A stretch of DNA of 64,000 bases from Chrysomallon squamiferum (GCA_012295275.1 CM022667.1:14198001-14262000); one strand, 5' to 3'. Numbered from the stretch's first letter, positions 1-16,813 are shown. The notes: generated by a model not told the origin, from the letters alone. A program made the numbers and translations.

Positions 1-276
1 TACCATAATGTAGTAGTACTAAAATTATAAAATTAAGTGATGTCATAATACTGGTAGTAATATAAAGACCATATTGTGGTGGTAGTGATGGTGGTGGTGG
101 TGATGGTGGTGGTGGTGATGGTAGTGGTGGTAGTAGTAATAGTATTGTAGTGATTCGACAACATTGGTAAATACCATAATGTAGTAGTACTAAAATTATA
201 AAATTAAGTGATGTCACAACACTGGTAGTAATATAAATACCATATTGCGGTGGTAGTGATGGTGGTGGTGGTGATG

Positions 277-313
<37 letters not shown>

Positions 314-720
314 TAATAGTATTACCAGTGACGATTCGACAACACTCGTAAATACCATAATGTAGTAGTACCAAAATTATAAAATTAAGTGATGTCATAA
401 CACTGGTAGTAATATAAAGACCATATTGTGGTGGTAGTGATGGTGGTGGTGGTGATTGTGGTGGTGGTGATGGTAGTGGTGGTAGTAGTAATAGTATTGT
501 AGTGATTCGACAACATTGGTAAATACCATAATGTAGTAGTACCAAAATTATAAAATTAAGTGATGTCACAACACTGGTATAAAGATCATATTGCAGTGGT
601 ACTAGTGGTGGTGGTAGTAGTAGTGGCAGTAGTAGTAGTAGTAGTGGTAGTAGTAGTAATTGTAGTGATGTCACAACACTAATAAATATAATACAATACA
701 GTGCCATAATGTGACAGTAG
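1..720. repeat. Tandem satellite, ~171-181 bp unit, about 4 copies in the window, with internal (GTG/GTA)n tracts; probably continues left of the window
   Basis: The unit start TACCATAATGTAGTAGTAC(T/C)AAAATTATAAAATTAAGTGATGTCA recurs at 1, 172, 353 and 524, with a degenerate fifth start near 701. Confidence 0.9.
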
Positions 721-1404
721 TTGTAAAATTATAACACTGAGTGATACTAAAAAATAACTGATACTAGAAATGGTAGTTGTTAAAAATTCAATATTAAGTT
801 GATATAATTATATATTTGAAAAAAAATATATAAAACTGTGAATAGAACTGCTACAAATGTTTTTTTTATAATATCAATAATAATTTTTAAAATGTAAGAA
901 TAGTGATATTAATAGAGAAAGTAAATAATTGATAACAATTAGTAACATTAGCATAATGACATTTTAAATATTAGTATCAGAATAGTAACCTTATATTTTT
1001 CTCATATAAAAATAATTATATACATGGCTCGTGTTTTTCTCAAAGAGAATATATTTCAGAATTAATTAATATTTATGACTTTTCCGAAAGCAGACAAAAG
1101 ACGTAAAATGTCAAAATTCATTGAAAAGTAAAAAGAATGATAGAAATTTAATGAACGTAAGACATAAAACAAACAAAATATCAATTTCTGAAATGTCTTG
1201 ACCTTTAGAAATATTTAAAATTTTAACGTTTTGAAACGAATTTGTACAAAAGGGAGGAAAATTGAAGGATAATAATAATAATTAAAAAAAAAAGAAAAAA
1301 AAGTAAACCTGAAAAGGAAAGCAAATTATTTGTAATGAGTTAAAATTAAAATGAATAGAATAAAAAAGGAACATTTTTCAACTATCTCTTTCTCTTTTTA
1401 TTTC

Positions 1405-1722
<318 letters not shown>

Positions 1723-3436
1723 ACACACTACGTACTATACATCCATCCCTCTTCAAACATCTGTCTAACGTACTATACAAAATTCTTCAAGTGATGTCCC
1801 TTTATGCTTGAACTCTTCTTATGAATGTAAATTGAGGTTCGTGTTGGCTCGCCTCACTGCTCGGTTAGTGTTAAAGAAACTCTGTAATTGCTCGCTAGTT
1901 AGTGAAAAACTCAAGTATCTGGCGCTAGTCTGTGTTTTTGACGTCTTTCTTAATTGTCAGCAACGCGTCTCTGCTTTTCGCCATTTCAGAAGAAAGGTTA
2001 TTGTCGAGTGCTTGGCCTGGCTGCAGTCTGCAATATTCTAGGATCGATTCATTGTGAGGGAAAATAAAAGTGTACGAGTCTAGCTTTTGTAAAGATCTTC
2101 ATTAAGCTGTGTTTTTTTTTTTTTTTTTTTCTGTAAAAGATTTCTTGGTATTTTTATAGTTGAAAGCGAAGAAAAAAGAAACTTCTAACAAAAGGACGTT
2201 TCTTTTTGTACTTGTTGTTTGGTATTTATGGAGGAGTTCTCAGACAGAAAGTAAATTTCAAATGACATTGGTCTGATTTCAATAAATACCACGCAATGAA
2301 AAATTGCTGGGTGTATATACCTATGTACTTTATGTATTATGTATGTACATTTCTTTGTGTCTATAAATATGTTTTAGTGTGCATTTTTGTGTTCAAATGT
2401 TGTTGTTTTTTCGTGTGCTTGTTTTCTCTTTTGGATTTCCATATTGGATGTGTGTGTATATATGTGTGTTTGTCCTTTACAATAAATGTGTGTACCTAGA
2501 GTTTATATAAAGATCTGTGTCTCTGTGTATATATATATGCTGCATGTATATCTCTGTATACGTTTTTGTATTGGCATGTTTTTCTGTGTACATCTGTGTT
2601 TGCCTGCTGAAATGCATGTGCATTGCTTTGTTTGTTTATACATCTTCATTAATTAACGTTATCTCTGTGAATCTGCGGAAAGACACATAACCTACATCTA
2701 ATTTCATCACGAAGTGCTTGAAGCTTTAATGCACATCAGTTTAGATTGAGTAACTCGTTATTTTCTCTCAAAATAAAACTGATTACCTGCAAGCCTTTTT
2801 CTATACTGTCGGCTTCAGTTATTAAAAACCAGGTTTCGTTCATGTACCAACGTCGTGCCTAATTCGCATGGATGTTTAAATTGAGTTTCGTTCCAAACAA
2901 AATCACGAAAGGAAATTATTTTGAATCTTTTATTGCATTTACGTGTTTTGGATTTCTGCGTACTGATGCAACTTAAATTCGTCCTTGACCTTGTTTTATG
3001 TTGACCTTATTTTCAGAAATGAATTTAAAGAACTAGGTTCACTGATTGATAGATAGCTATAACTAGGCGGTGTAAAGGTTGAAACTAAATTCGTAAGATG
3101 GAAGGAAATTAGGAAAACTAATAGTAACGCAATTTTGGGCATTAACCAAGGCTAATGGGTCAGTTTAATATTTTTATTTGCTGTGATGTCCGTTATCCAT
3201 TTCAGTGCACAGATAAATAGACGCCACAAATACATAAATACAAGTATACATACTCAGATAAACACAAACACAGATTTATATAATAGTCTGGAGAAGGTAA
3301 GATTATACACACTTACATACATACTTACTTACATAACATACCTACATACCTATATATCTCTTACCCTAATTACGTTCATACGCTCACACACATACATGTA
3401 TATAAACGGACTGTGGAGAGAGGGAAAGAGGGAGGG

Positions 3437-4118
<682 letters not shown>

Positions 4119-4981
4119 GTGTGCACGCGCAGATGCATATAAGTTGTCGGTATAAATTATCCTGCTTTGGTTGTCTTTTCTTTTCTTTTTAATTATAAAA
4201 AATAAGAACCTTGATTCACTTTATAAAAATCTCTAGTATAAAGTTATTTACTTCTTTCACTAATTCTCTTTCTCTCCTTTTCTCTTTTTTTTTCAAATAA
4301 ATTAAACAATAAACCCTTTAAATTTATTTTAAAAATATATATATATTCGAATCATTCTGTTATAAATATTTTATTCTTTTAATTCTCCCGTAATTGCCAA
4401 TTCGTCTGTTCATCCTTCTGTCTCTCTTTATTTTCTTTTGATCGTCTTGAATCGACTCAAAAAAAAAAAAAAAAAAAATTCAAGAGTGTGTTATTAAGCC
4501 CTCTTACTTGAAATTTTGAACACTTCAAAGTGAACAGATCGATGACAAAAAAAATTGTTTTTTTCCTATGAAGTTTCTTGAGATTGATTTTTCTGACATA
4601 CCATCTGTAAATAATCCAATACGGCGGCTTAATTAAATGTCTTGAGTGGATAAATACTCGTATAGCTGACATTTTCAATTAATTTCGCTCACTCGTTCAC
4701 AATGTACTCCGCTTCAGAATATGGATTTTCTACTTCTCTTTTTTTTTTCCTTTTTTTTTTTTTATACTTTAAATGGTTTAGAATTGCAGAGATTTATGCT
4801 AATTACGACATGACGTACACTGTTGCATCATGGGATGTTCCTGGACAGAAAAACCAAATTCCATTTATGGTAATGTGAGCGTTTTTTTTTTTCTTTTTTT
4901 CTATGAAGTTGTAGGAAATAGTGCACAGTGATTGGTGTTCATGAAATAGCCACCATTACAGTAAATATAAGATGAATGACA

Positions 4982-5012
<31 letters not shown>

Positions 5013-5014
5013 AA

Positions 5015-5057
<43 letters not shown>

Positions 5058-5300
5058 GAAATAGAAAATAAACACTTTAATTTAAATAGCGTGAACGAAT
5101 ACAAATGTAGAATTTCATCAGCTTTGAAGAACACTTGATATTGGTTATCCGAATATTAAAGAAAAAAAACAACAAAAAACGATCCTTTTTTTCTAAAATG
5201 GTTTTCTTGATTTTTAAAAGTTCAGTAGCATTTGATTTCAGTTATTATCACAGTATAAATTTGGTCTTTTTCTGGTCTTATTATTATTATTATTATTATG

Positions 5301-5344
<44 letters not shown>

Positions 5345-5730
5345 TATTTTTATCGTAACCCCCCAAAAAAACCCAACAACAAACAAATACACAAAGTACA
5401 GCACTCCCACCCACCCCCCATCCACCCCCCAAAATTAAACTTGCAAGTAATTTGCACACTGTATAAACTAATTATTTTCTTTTTATCTATCCATCTGTCT
5501 GTCTATCATTCATTCTGTCTGTCTTTCATTCATCTGTCCATCATTCCTTCATTTTTTTTTTTTCCCATTTACTAATCAGCTTTTGAATTTTTCCGTTCAT
5601 CCACTTATCAAGCATCCTTCTTTCCATCCTTTTTTATTTTATTCTTTCTTTCTTTCTTTTACCAATTAAATTCATCCTCTGTTTTTACTTTGTTATTTTA
5701 TTTTATTTTAAAGTACATATCCCATACCTT

Positions 5731-5769
<39 letters not shown>

Positions 5770-5903
5770 TTAATAATATTAAAAATACTACTACTACTAC
5801 TACTACTAATAATAATAATAGTAGTAATAGATAAATAATAGTAATAAAAATAACCTAAAAAACAAAAAAAAAAAGAAATAAACAAAGAAAACAACATCAA
5901 AAT

Positions 5904-5943
<40 letters not shown>

Positions 5944-6339
5944 GAAAAGAAACGAACCATTATATCAGTATTTTCAAAAAAAAAAAAATCCTCACTACGT
6001 CATGTATTTGATTTTTAAGCACTAAAAGTAACCTACCATCCTATATATCTGATACAATGCAAGCTACAACTTAAAGCTCAAAGGAGCAGTCAATGACATT
6101 TACTTGTGAGAAAACGTGAGGTTCTTCTGTCACGTTATTCCACTAAGCTTAGGGCAGTGGTCAGATTATGTCAAGCTGTCTCATTATGTGGTGCAATCAA
6201 GCGTGATAATACACTTACACAGACACGTAGGTAAATACGTAAACTGATAAACAGACAGCTTGTAACCAGTCAGGGGTTAAAGTACACACGTACACGTGCG
6301 TGAACGTATGCGTGCATGGGTGCGTAAACTCATACTCAT

Positions 6340-6380
6340 GCACACATACATACATATACACATATACACATACATATACA

Positions 6381-6414
<34 letters not shown>

Positions 6415-6502
6415 CCTATATACATACATATACATACATACATGCATACATACATAAATCCATACATATGTAGATACGTACGTACATACATACATACATA
6501 CA

Positions 6503-6536
<34 letters not shown>

Positions 6537-6715
6537 AACATACATACATAAATACATGCATAGATATATATAAATACATGAATAGCTATATATACATACA
6601 TGCATACATAAATGCATACATTTGTAGATACGTACATACATACATACATACCAACATACATACATACATACATACATGCATATATATATATATACATATA
6701 TACATATACTCATCC
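6340..6715. repeat. Compound (TACA)n/(TA)n microsatellite
   Basis: Read directly. It is the source of the MYVC-repeat ORFs. Confidence 0.93.
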
Positions 6716-7509
6716 ATCCATAAACACACATATATTTACACTTTATAACTAGCAAAATCAATTTGAGAAGTCATAATTTGTATACTTATATTTCGGGTCG
6801 AAAAAAAAAAAAAAAAAAAAAAATTTGAATTAAATTAAATTAAATTAAAAAATTAATAAATAAATAAATAAATTTTCAACCAAAAATATGCAACATCCTC
6901 TGCACTGTTTACAACTGCATTGCTTTAAGGCGACATACGCTGCAGGCATAAACCGTATGCTTTTAGTTTCAGCGTGTAAATAATTAAACTAGTAAGAGAT
7001 AACTAGGTCAATGGTGATCTCACCAATTTGATTAACGGACAAAATGTCACAGCACGAATCTGGCGTATATTTTTATTGGATATCTGCTGTGTGCAAAATG
7101 ACCCAGAGAAAGAAAAGAGGACAACGAGAAAGGAAAAGACAGAGACAGAGAAATAAAGAGGACAAAGACAGAGACAGACAAAGAATGGAAGAGAGGGAAA
7201 TGTAGATAATTCAGAAATGGTTAGAGAGAAATAAAATTAAGAGAAAGTTAAATGTAAGCGTGTGTGGGTGTCTGGGTCTTTGTGTGTGTGTATGTGTAAG
7301 TGTGTGTCTCTGTGTGTGTGTGTATGTGTAAAGAGAAGGACTAGTAGACTGTCAGACAGAAAAGGAAAGAGAGAAATATCGAGATGGAAGGAGAGAGTGT
7401 GTTCATGTGTGAAAGATAAAGATATGCAGTTAGTTATAAATCTGATTAAAATATGTAATTAAACTAACCCTCACTCTTCTTTGCTGAAAGCAAATGTGTT
7501 TGTGTGCGT

Positions 7510-7599
<90 letters not shown>

Positions 7600-9371
7600 G
7601 ACAGAGGGAGTAAAATTTTTAATAACAACTTTTTGAAAACTTTTTTTTATCGTTTCTGTTAAAAATCATTGACCTTTTCTTTTCTGTCTCTCTATTTATT
7701 GTCTTTCAACTCAATTTCTGCATCACCAACATTAAAGGAATAAAACCGCATTACTCAAAACTTCAGAGTTGTGCTATTCGATGCAGAACTCGTACATTAA
7801 AATTCGCCATTTTCTACTCACAGAGATGGAGATTTTAATTTCACTTTTTTCAGATGGAAGGGAATAGCACGGACATTGGGATAACCTTTAACGGCCGAAA
7901 GCTATTACACGAAACGAAATGTCCTATTGTCCAGTTCCATATTCGGACCAACACTTTGAGTATGACCAAAAGTAATGTACTTTGCCAGAAACCATCTATT
8001 GATTAATATCTTTCCAAAAATATCACACATTTTTGTTCTTATGACGTGAAGACGTGTCCAGTCTATTTTTTTTTTCATTTATATTTTTATTGCAGGATTT
8101 GGGGACAGTAATATGATGGCTAGCCAACAATTATTTCTTTTAAGGCGGTTGATTGGTGATGACGACGATGATGATGATGATGATGATGACAGTAAAAAGC
8201 GTGGGAAAGGAGATGAAGATGAAAAGGAAAGAATACTTATATCTTCTATTACTTCATCATCGCAAAATAAATAGAAACAGAAAAAGTTTAATCCTGTTGA
8301 ACTTATCTTGTAGGTATGTTTGTCCGTGCTTGTGTGTGTAGACGCATATGTATGTATGTCTGTATATAAATATATAGCTTATAAACTTTATAAAGGACCT
8401 TGTTAGAAGTGAAAAATACAATCTATGTTTGAATATAAATATAAATATATAAACTTTATGAAGAACTTTAAAACAAAAATTATTTATACAATTTAAAAAG
8501 AATTAACTAAAAAAATTAATATTGATAATACATGTAATAATAATAATAATAACAATAACAACAACAATGACAACATCAACATGACCAACACGACTGCTGC
8601 TACTATTACTACCACTATAACTATTATTACTGCTACAACTGGTTTTCTACACAGGTAAACAGCTACGTCGTTTTGGTGAATAAGAACTTGAAAAATAAAT
8701 TTTATTAAAAATAAAAATAAAACAGCAAAAATAGAAAAAATAACAATGGTATTATTTAAAAAAAAATAATAATAAAAATTAAAAAAAAAAAAAAACAAAC
8801 GAACACACAGACAAACAAATAAATAAATAAATAAATAAACAAAAAAACAAAAAAAAATAAAAAATTAAAATTTGCAGGTTTTATCTACGACGTAAAAATT
8901 TCCATTTGCGTTCAACTTGGTCACATCTGATATAACGAGCATTTCAAATTACTGCGGTCTTTTTTTTCTTTTTTTTTCTTTTTTTCTTTTTTTTCTTTTT
9001 CTGTCCTATTAACATATTACATGGGAAATTTTAAAGATTTACACCGGAAATCTTCTCTGACAGCTTGTCTTGTTAAATTCTTCTGTTGCCCGCGATTTCT
9101 AATTTTGGATGATAATAAAGGAGAAAAAGGAAGATCTATATCCTTGACAATTCCACTGATATTTCAAGAATAATTCTTTCCTGGCGTCTCTTTGTCGTGA
9201 TCTTTAGATACATCATCAGAAGAACAAAATAAAAAATAAAAAATAAAAAACAAGAAACAAGAAAAAAAAAAAAAGAAATAAGAAATAAAAATTAAATATT
9301 AAAAGGTATTTATTTATACAACCAAATATTACCATTCATTTTGTTATTAAATTTATTTCAGTAGTGGATTG

Positions 9372-9372
<1 letters not shown>

Positions 9373-9468
<96 letters not shown>

Positions 9469-9653
9469 GCACCACCACCACCAACAACAGTAATAATAAT
9501 AAGAAGATCAGATCACCAACAAGAACTAGAATAAAAATCAATATCGACAATAGCAGCAACAATAACACAGATAACAACAACAATAAAACTAAGATCAACA
9601 ACGACAGTAATATACTACTATTATACTAATAATAAACAACTTACATTTGAATA

Positions 9654-9688
<35 letters not shown>

Positions 9689-9705
9689 TGTGTCTGTCTG
9701 TATGT

Positions 9706-9779
<74 letters not shown>
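9373..9779. repeat. (AAT)n-(AAC)n tract, then (TA)n and (CT)n microsatellites
   Basis: Read directly. Confidence 0.9.
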
Positions 9780-9783
<4 letters not shown>

Positions 9784-10996
9784 TCCTTTCCTCTGTAAAA
9801 TATCACCTTGCCTTCTTCCATATTCAGATACAAAATGACGTTATTGTTTTGTGACGTCACAGACACTACGAATTACTTCACCTTGCTTTGATGAAGGTAA
9901 GCGAAAAAAGAAAAGAAATTTACTATAGATTTTTTTTGACGGAAGTTTCTTCAAAGTAAATTCTGTTATTATATGTATCCTCAAGCAGTAAGGCAACTAT
10001 AATTAAACTGAAAATTTAATCTTGTTTTAAGTGAAAGTGCAGAAAGCGGAAAATTTCGAAAGAACAAAGGAAAGTTGACGATCAGGTTCAAATTAATTTT
10101 ACAGCAACTTTCGTAGAAACAAAGACGTTAGTAGATGAAAAGTTATTATGTCTAAATATTGAGACATGTTGCTGTTGTTATTGAATTATTGTTATTATTA
10201 TTATTGTTGTTGTTGTTGAAGCAGCTGTAATGCTGCTGTTTTTGTTATTACTGTTATTGTTTTTTTTTTTTTTAGTTTTGTAGTTGTCATTGCTAATCGT
10301 AATATTAATTTTTATGTAATTTAAATGCATATATGTATGTATGTATGTATGAATGTATATTATATATGTATGTTTATATGTATGTATGAATGTATGTATG
10401 TATGTATATATATATGTATGTGTGTATTTGCGTTTGTAAATATGTACGCGCCATTTGTATGTCAAACTCTTTTGTGCGATATAATTATGTAAATTCATTT
10501 GGAAAAATAGAAAGTAGTTTTAGACGCAGTACATGTATATACACATAACAATCATTCCAACCCCTGTAAATCATCGACCAGGTTTCGCGTCAATCCATGT
10601 CACCCGAGAACATATAAATTTACTTTTCTTTTCGTTTTCTTTGTCTGTTCTTAAGACGCAAGCGATTAAATCAAACCAACGATAACAATGCCAGGCTCTG
10701 GGGGTTTTTTTTCGCTAATGATTCAAGTAATTGAGTCCACGTGCGATGTCTTTTGCGAAGGGTTTAAGTAGATCTTCCTGGTTAATAGCAGAACCGGAAG
10801 AAGTATGCAGTGGCAACCGGAAACTGTATATTAAGTCAAAGTCGAGGCTTCTCTCAGTTAGACGTATTGATTCGTGAGGATTTGAAATTGTGTTTTGATA
10901 GATTACTGATCTGGCACCTGATTGAACCGAAAACCATTTCACAGAATAAATGGATGAAGGAATGGATGTCAGTATTCAAACAGTATGATAATTCTC

Positions 10997-11037
<41 letters not shown>

Positions 11038-12362
11038 AGTTGTAAATATTCAAACGATAACGAAGAAGCAACATTACTGTTATTGATGTTTTATGTATGC
11101 ATGCATGTATGTATGTATGTATGTATGTATGTATGTATGTTTATCATATGTGTATATGACTGTAGTTAATAGGTATCACTTGCAGTTAAATAATTTATTT
11201 CATTCTTTCACGTATGTTTATGTTGCTCTGTCCATTTTTTAACTCCACACAAACTATTTGTTTTACTGGTGAATTTTGCTTGTAGACTTTATCACTTAAC
11301 CGCAGCCAATCGCATAACAATATCACTCGCTCGTGCATGACAAACAATCGTTTGTTAACCAGACGATCAAAGTAAATCTAATTTACAATTAACGACTGCA
11401 ACGGAAATTATCTCGCCAAACGCTCGACAAAGTCTTTTATGACTTTTCGTGCTTCTTACTGTTCGTGTTTCTGGTCGCTCTCAAGGAGACCATTTGTTAA
11501 AACAAATAAGATTATTAGCGAACGAAAGGAAAACGGACCGATGTTAAAATGTCGATTGTTGCAGCGAGATTAAAACAGACAGATTCCCTCCCACACGAAG
11601 CGCTACCGAAAACAGTTGTTCGTGACGTGAAATTGTAAAGCATCAGTCAAATGCTGTCCGCCTTTGCGTCTGAGTTCCTGAATGGTTACAGCGAGTTTTA
11701 ATTCAACGTAAAATTCGAATAATAACCTAATAAAGCATATATATATATATATTCCATTTCTTCGTTTTTAATGGCTGGCTGAAAAATCCCTTTAATTTTA
11801 ATTCAGCATTGTGAAAAAAATTGTATCGTTTAGGGAATTGCTTTCAGTTTCCCACTTGTTTTAAATTCATCGTAAATTCGAATAATAACTTTAAAATATA
11901 TATCTATAACTATATCTTTGTATTCTTGATGGATGGCCGCAAGGTTCCAAACTGTATTATTATAATAACGCTTAATAAAATCTAAGTCGTCTGTCAACAG
12001 TGTTTAATGGGTGGCCGTAAGAAATGTGAAAACCCAGCAAATCACACAGTATAATCTCTTGCCATACTTTTACATATTTCTGTAATATAATTGTTCTGGA
12101 TTACGTCTGGTTTTCTGTTCTTTTGATTCTTTGTCTAATTTATAACAAGTCGATTATATTATTGATATAACCAAGTTTACCGGTGTTTTCTTTATGTAAA
12201 TCAGAAAGTAAAACGTAATAATGCTTGTTTGACAACAATGTACGTTCAGTCCCAGGTGTCCATTACTTTCATGCTTTAATCTTTCTCCCTCGCAACTGCT
12301 TTGGTTCAGTTACTTTCTTCTTCTTCTTCTTCTTCTTCTTCTTCTTCTTCTCTCTCTCTTCT

Positions 12363-12421
<59 letters not shown>

Positions 12422-12841
12422 ACTCACTCCCCGTTAGTTCTTCTTACATATAATAAGAACATCAGCTACAAAAAGGATCATTAGGTCATTTTATTTTCTT
12501 AATACAAATCACAGGACTTCACAAACCTAACATAAAGCCAACCGCAATTGTTGTCAGTGGGGAAAAAAAAAAAAAGACTAATTAGCCATTAGAAGGAAAT
12601 ATTGTGGAATCTGCATCGATTTTCTTTTAATAGATTCCTTAAAGCCAAACATCTGGCTGTGATTAAAGCTAATTAACACGTGCTGGTGAAAGTAGAAAGT
12701 TAACTGGAAGAAGACATTGTTCCAGATTTAGTATATGGTCAGCCGAAAAAGGAAACGAAATCAATTCTCGTGTCATCAACTTGTTTATAATTTGATAATT
12801 AAGTAAATCGGTTAGTTAGCTTTTGCTTAGGGAGGAGGGAT

Positions 12842-12996
<155 letters not shown>

Positions 12997-13940
12997 AAAA
13001 TGATGAAAATACACCATAATAGTACAATTGTGTTTATAAAAATATATCAAAAAAAAACCCACAGTGCTGGTTAATACTTTTCGTTTACAATTTTCTTTTA
13101 ATTTGCAAAACAGAGAACTCTGATTTGTATTAAATACGACATCGTGCTGTTTTTAATGACAAGAAACAACAAAATTTTCTTTCAGATATTTCAAATACGG
13201 AAAGTGCTTCGTGACAACGAAGACTTTGAAGCTATTCTTATCCTATAAGTTATTTTCTGTTAGTAATTTTCAAAATTTTCTGCTGCAGTTTGCTTTTTCT
13301 CTTGCACTTTTCTTTCTTCCCTTTAGTTTCAGCCTCTTGTTATTTTGTTTGCCCTCTTTTCTTTGGTTTCTTTGTTGCATTTGTACTTCAGACGGTACTT
13401 TATTTATCATCTATATTATATATATAATTTATCATCTTATTAGTATTGTTTTTTTGAGCAATCTTTTGAATTTTTTGTATATATATATATATATATATAT
13501 TATTATTATTATTATTATTATTATGTCTTGTCATCACCATCATCATATCCATCATCATTCCAGAAGTCTATTTCCGAAACCTTTCTGTATTATTAACATT
13601 TTCCCTTGCCTGCTGCAGTACATATCTGTTATTGTATTTGTGTACAATAATAACAAATAGAAGGTTTCGCAGTAATGAAAAACGGTGCACCACCGTACCT
13701 TTCTTTAGAAGGCAAGTATTTTATTATTTACCTGTTGGCGCAAATTGGATACGTGTTCAGTACGTAAATATTGACGGACGTTGTATATATTACCGTGACG
13801 TCCGTGTTTTCGTTTTATGCTAGCGGTCATCATTTGGTACTTACGTCTAATAAAGAAAACATCGACGTTTTTATTATTAGTTTAGACAAAAAGATTAGAT
13901 AAAGCAAAATTATAGTTGGGATGAATTATCATTATTATTT

Positions 13941-14035
13941 TTCTTCTTCTTCTTCTTCTTCTTCTTCTTCTTCTTCTTCTTCTTCTTCTTCTTCTCCTTC
14001 TTCTTCTTCTTCTTCTTCTTCTCCTTCTTCTTCTT
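13941..14035. repeat. (TTC)n microsatellite
   Basis: Read directly. It is the source of the poly-Arg ORF. Confidence 0.95.
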
Positions 14036-14272
14036 ATTATTATTATCATTGCTTTATATTGTAGCAGTAATGGTAAATGTATTAGCACATTTGGAGCAGT
14101 TTTAATAGCGTCAGTAGGAGTAACAACAATAGAAGTAGACGTTGTAGTTGTTCTAGTAAAAGCAAAGGTTGTGGTAATAGTAACTGCAGCAGAAAGAGCT
14201 ACTGTTGTCGTTGATGAAGTTGCCGTAACATTAGTAACAGCAGTATTAATATTAACAACAACAATAACAACG

Positions 14273-14304
<32 letters not shown>

Positions 14305-14430
14305 GGTATATTAGTATAGTAATAATGGTAGAAGTTACTATATTAATAGTTGCAGCGATCGTAGCGTTTCTTGAAAAAAAGATTTATTGGTAGAATAATT
14401 ACTTGGAGAAATAGTAGTGATACAGGTTTT

Positions 14431-14488
<58 letters not shown>

Positions 14489-15138
14489 TAATAATAATAA
14501 TAACAATGATGATGATGATGACGATGACGATGATAATAAAGAAAAACAATATTATTCAAGAAAATAATCTGGATTCTGATGTTGAAATCTAAAGTGTAAA
14601 ATTTAATTTTCCGAATGTTAGTGTTTATTAGTTTATTATTATTCAGAAAATAGATGATGAGTTCAGCCAGAAAAATACCTGACAATAATAAACATTCAAG
14701 AGCAAGTTGCTACTAATACATGCTGACAGACAAATGGTAAATGTTGGAAAAAGAAGGTTTACTTTAAAAAAAAGTTTACAGATTGCAGATTTCAGTGCGA
14801 ATTTTCTGAAAATAAGAAATGTAAGAAATAAGAAATTGACACACAGACACCCACAGACACACAGACACACCCACAAACTAATTTCGAAAGGGATTTACAA
14901 AAATGATTATTCCGCGACCAAATATTATTTTTTGTCAGTTAAACAATTAGACGAAATGGAGAAGAAAATGCTGTTTGACAACGTAGAGATCATATTTAGT
15001 ACTGCTTCGCCTACAACATTTTATTTTCGGTCTGGGAGTGAAATAAATAGAAAAAAAAGGACTGACAATCAAATTAATAGGTTTATATAATAATAATAAA
15101 AATAGTAATAGTAATAGTAATAATAATAATAATCATAC

Positions 15139-15169
<31 letters not shown>

Positions 15170-16524
15170 GATGATGATAATGATGATGATAATGATGATG
15201 ATAATGATGATGAGTTCTTATTTTTGTTGCTGTGCAGTAGTACAGCGTTCACATTGAGCAAAAAATAAAAATGTCCTGAACTGTTACACAGTTTCAAATA
15301 TTACAGAGAAAAAAACAGTATATATTGCATCTGACAATCAGATCATAAACCTTGAACAAAATTGGAAATGCACCTTTGAGCCAAAGTCACTAGAAGAAAC
15401 TTACTTTACTAATCAGAACAAGGTCTTTCAAAAAACAACAACAAAAAAAAACCGTCATAGCTGCAAAAAGATGGATAAAAATATGCTGGGCTTTTTCTAT
15501 AGCGTTTTTTGTTTTAATCAGTGATATTTTTAAATTGTCATATTTTATTATTGGCAAATACTGGTGGCCTTTAACAGAAGACAAAAAAAAAATAAAAAAT
15601 AAAAAATAAAAATTAGAAAGAAAGACAAAAGTTATTAGACTGTTATTTTCTTTGTGTCTGTAAAAGTACCATTAGAATCTGTTCAGGTGTCATTATTAAT
15701 TTGTTTTTGTTTTTCTTACACGAATCTGTTGTTGTTTTTTTTCACTGCAAACCATGTCACAAATCTGAATAAAAACAAAATAAACGTTGTCACATTCTCA
15801 CGTGTCTTTTTTTCTTTTTTTTTGTAGTAAGATTTAATTGGCTTGTTGATCCCAGGCATTTTGTAATTAGCTCTTTTTTTTTTTTTAAAGTCATAACCAT
15901 TGCGTGAAGTCTATGGAGATCAGGAAGTTATACTTTTTTACGATATTTTCTTCTTAATGTTCATCTTTTTCATTTTTTTATTTTTTATATTATTTTATTT
16001 TATTTTATTTTATTTTTTTTATTATTTGGAGAGAAAAAAGGTATCATGACCCAGACAATAACAATTTCAAATAATAAATGCCACTAACAAAAGACTGGTC
16101 CCACGTGTATTGCGCACCACAAAGGAGGAAACCAATATAACTACTAAACGAAAGCGCGTGCATTGACTGGTTTTCTGGTTAATGATCCCATCTGAAAGGT
16201 TTTACGGTATGAAAAAAAAAAAAAAAAAAAAAAAAAAGACCTATAGCATGCGGCTAATTCTTTCCCTTGACGAGATGATGAACTAATATATTTTTTATGA
16301 CAGGTAATGTTGATTTTAACGACCAAAGATGTCGTTATCAGAGGAATCTGTGCTTTGCCCATGACAGACTTAACGATGCGTCTAGATTTGCTTTCTGTCT
16401 GAGAATAATGGGTGATTTGTCGTTTACTTGCAAGCAGAAATGTAGCTAGTAAGTGCTTGATTGTTTGTTTTCTTACCTCCAGGTAGAAATGTATGTGTTA
16501 CTGGTTGATCGCCTGTTTAAATTA

Positions 16525-16593
<69 letters not shown>

Positions 16594-16726
16594 ACGCAAA
16601 CAAACACATTTGCTTTCACCAACGAAAAGTGAGGGTTGGTTTAATTACCAATGTTAATCAGATTTATAACTAACTGAATTCCCATTTAATAGACTCATAT
16701 AAAAGAAACACACGTACACAAAAACC

Positions 16727-16813
<87 letters not shown>

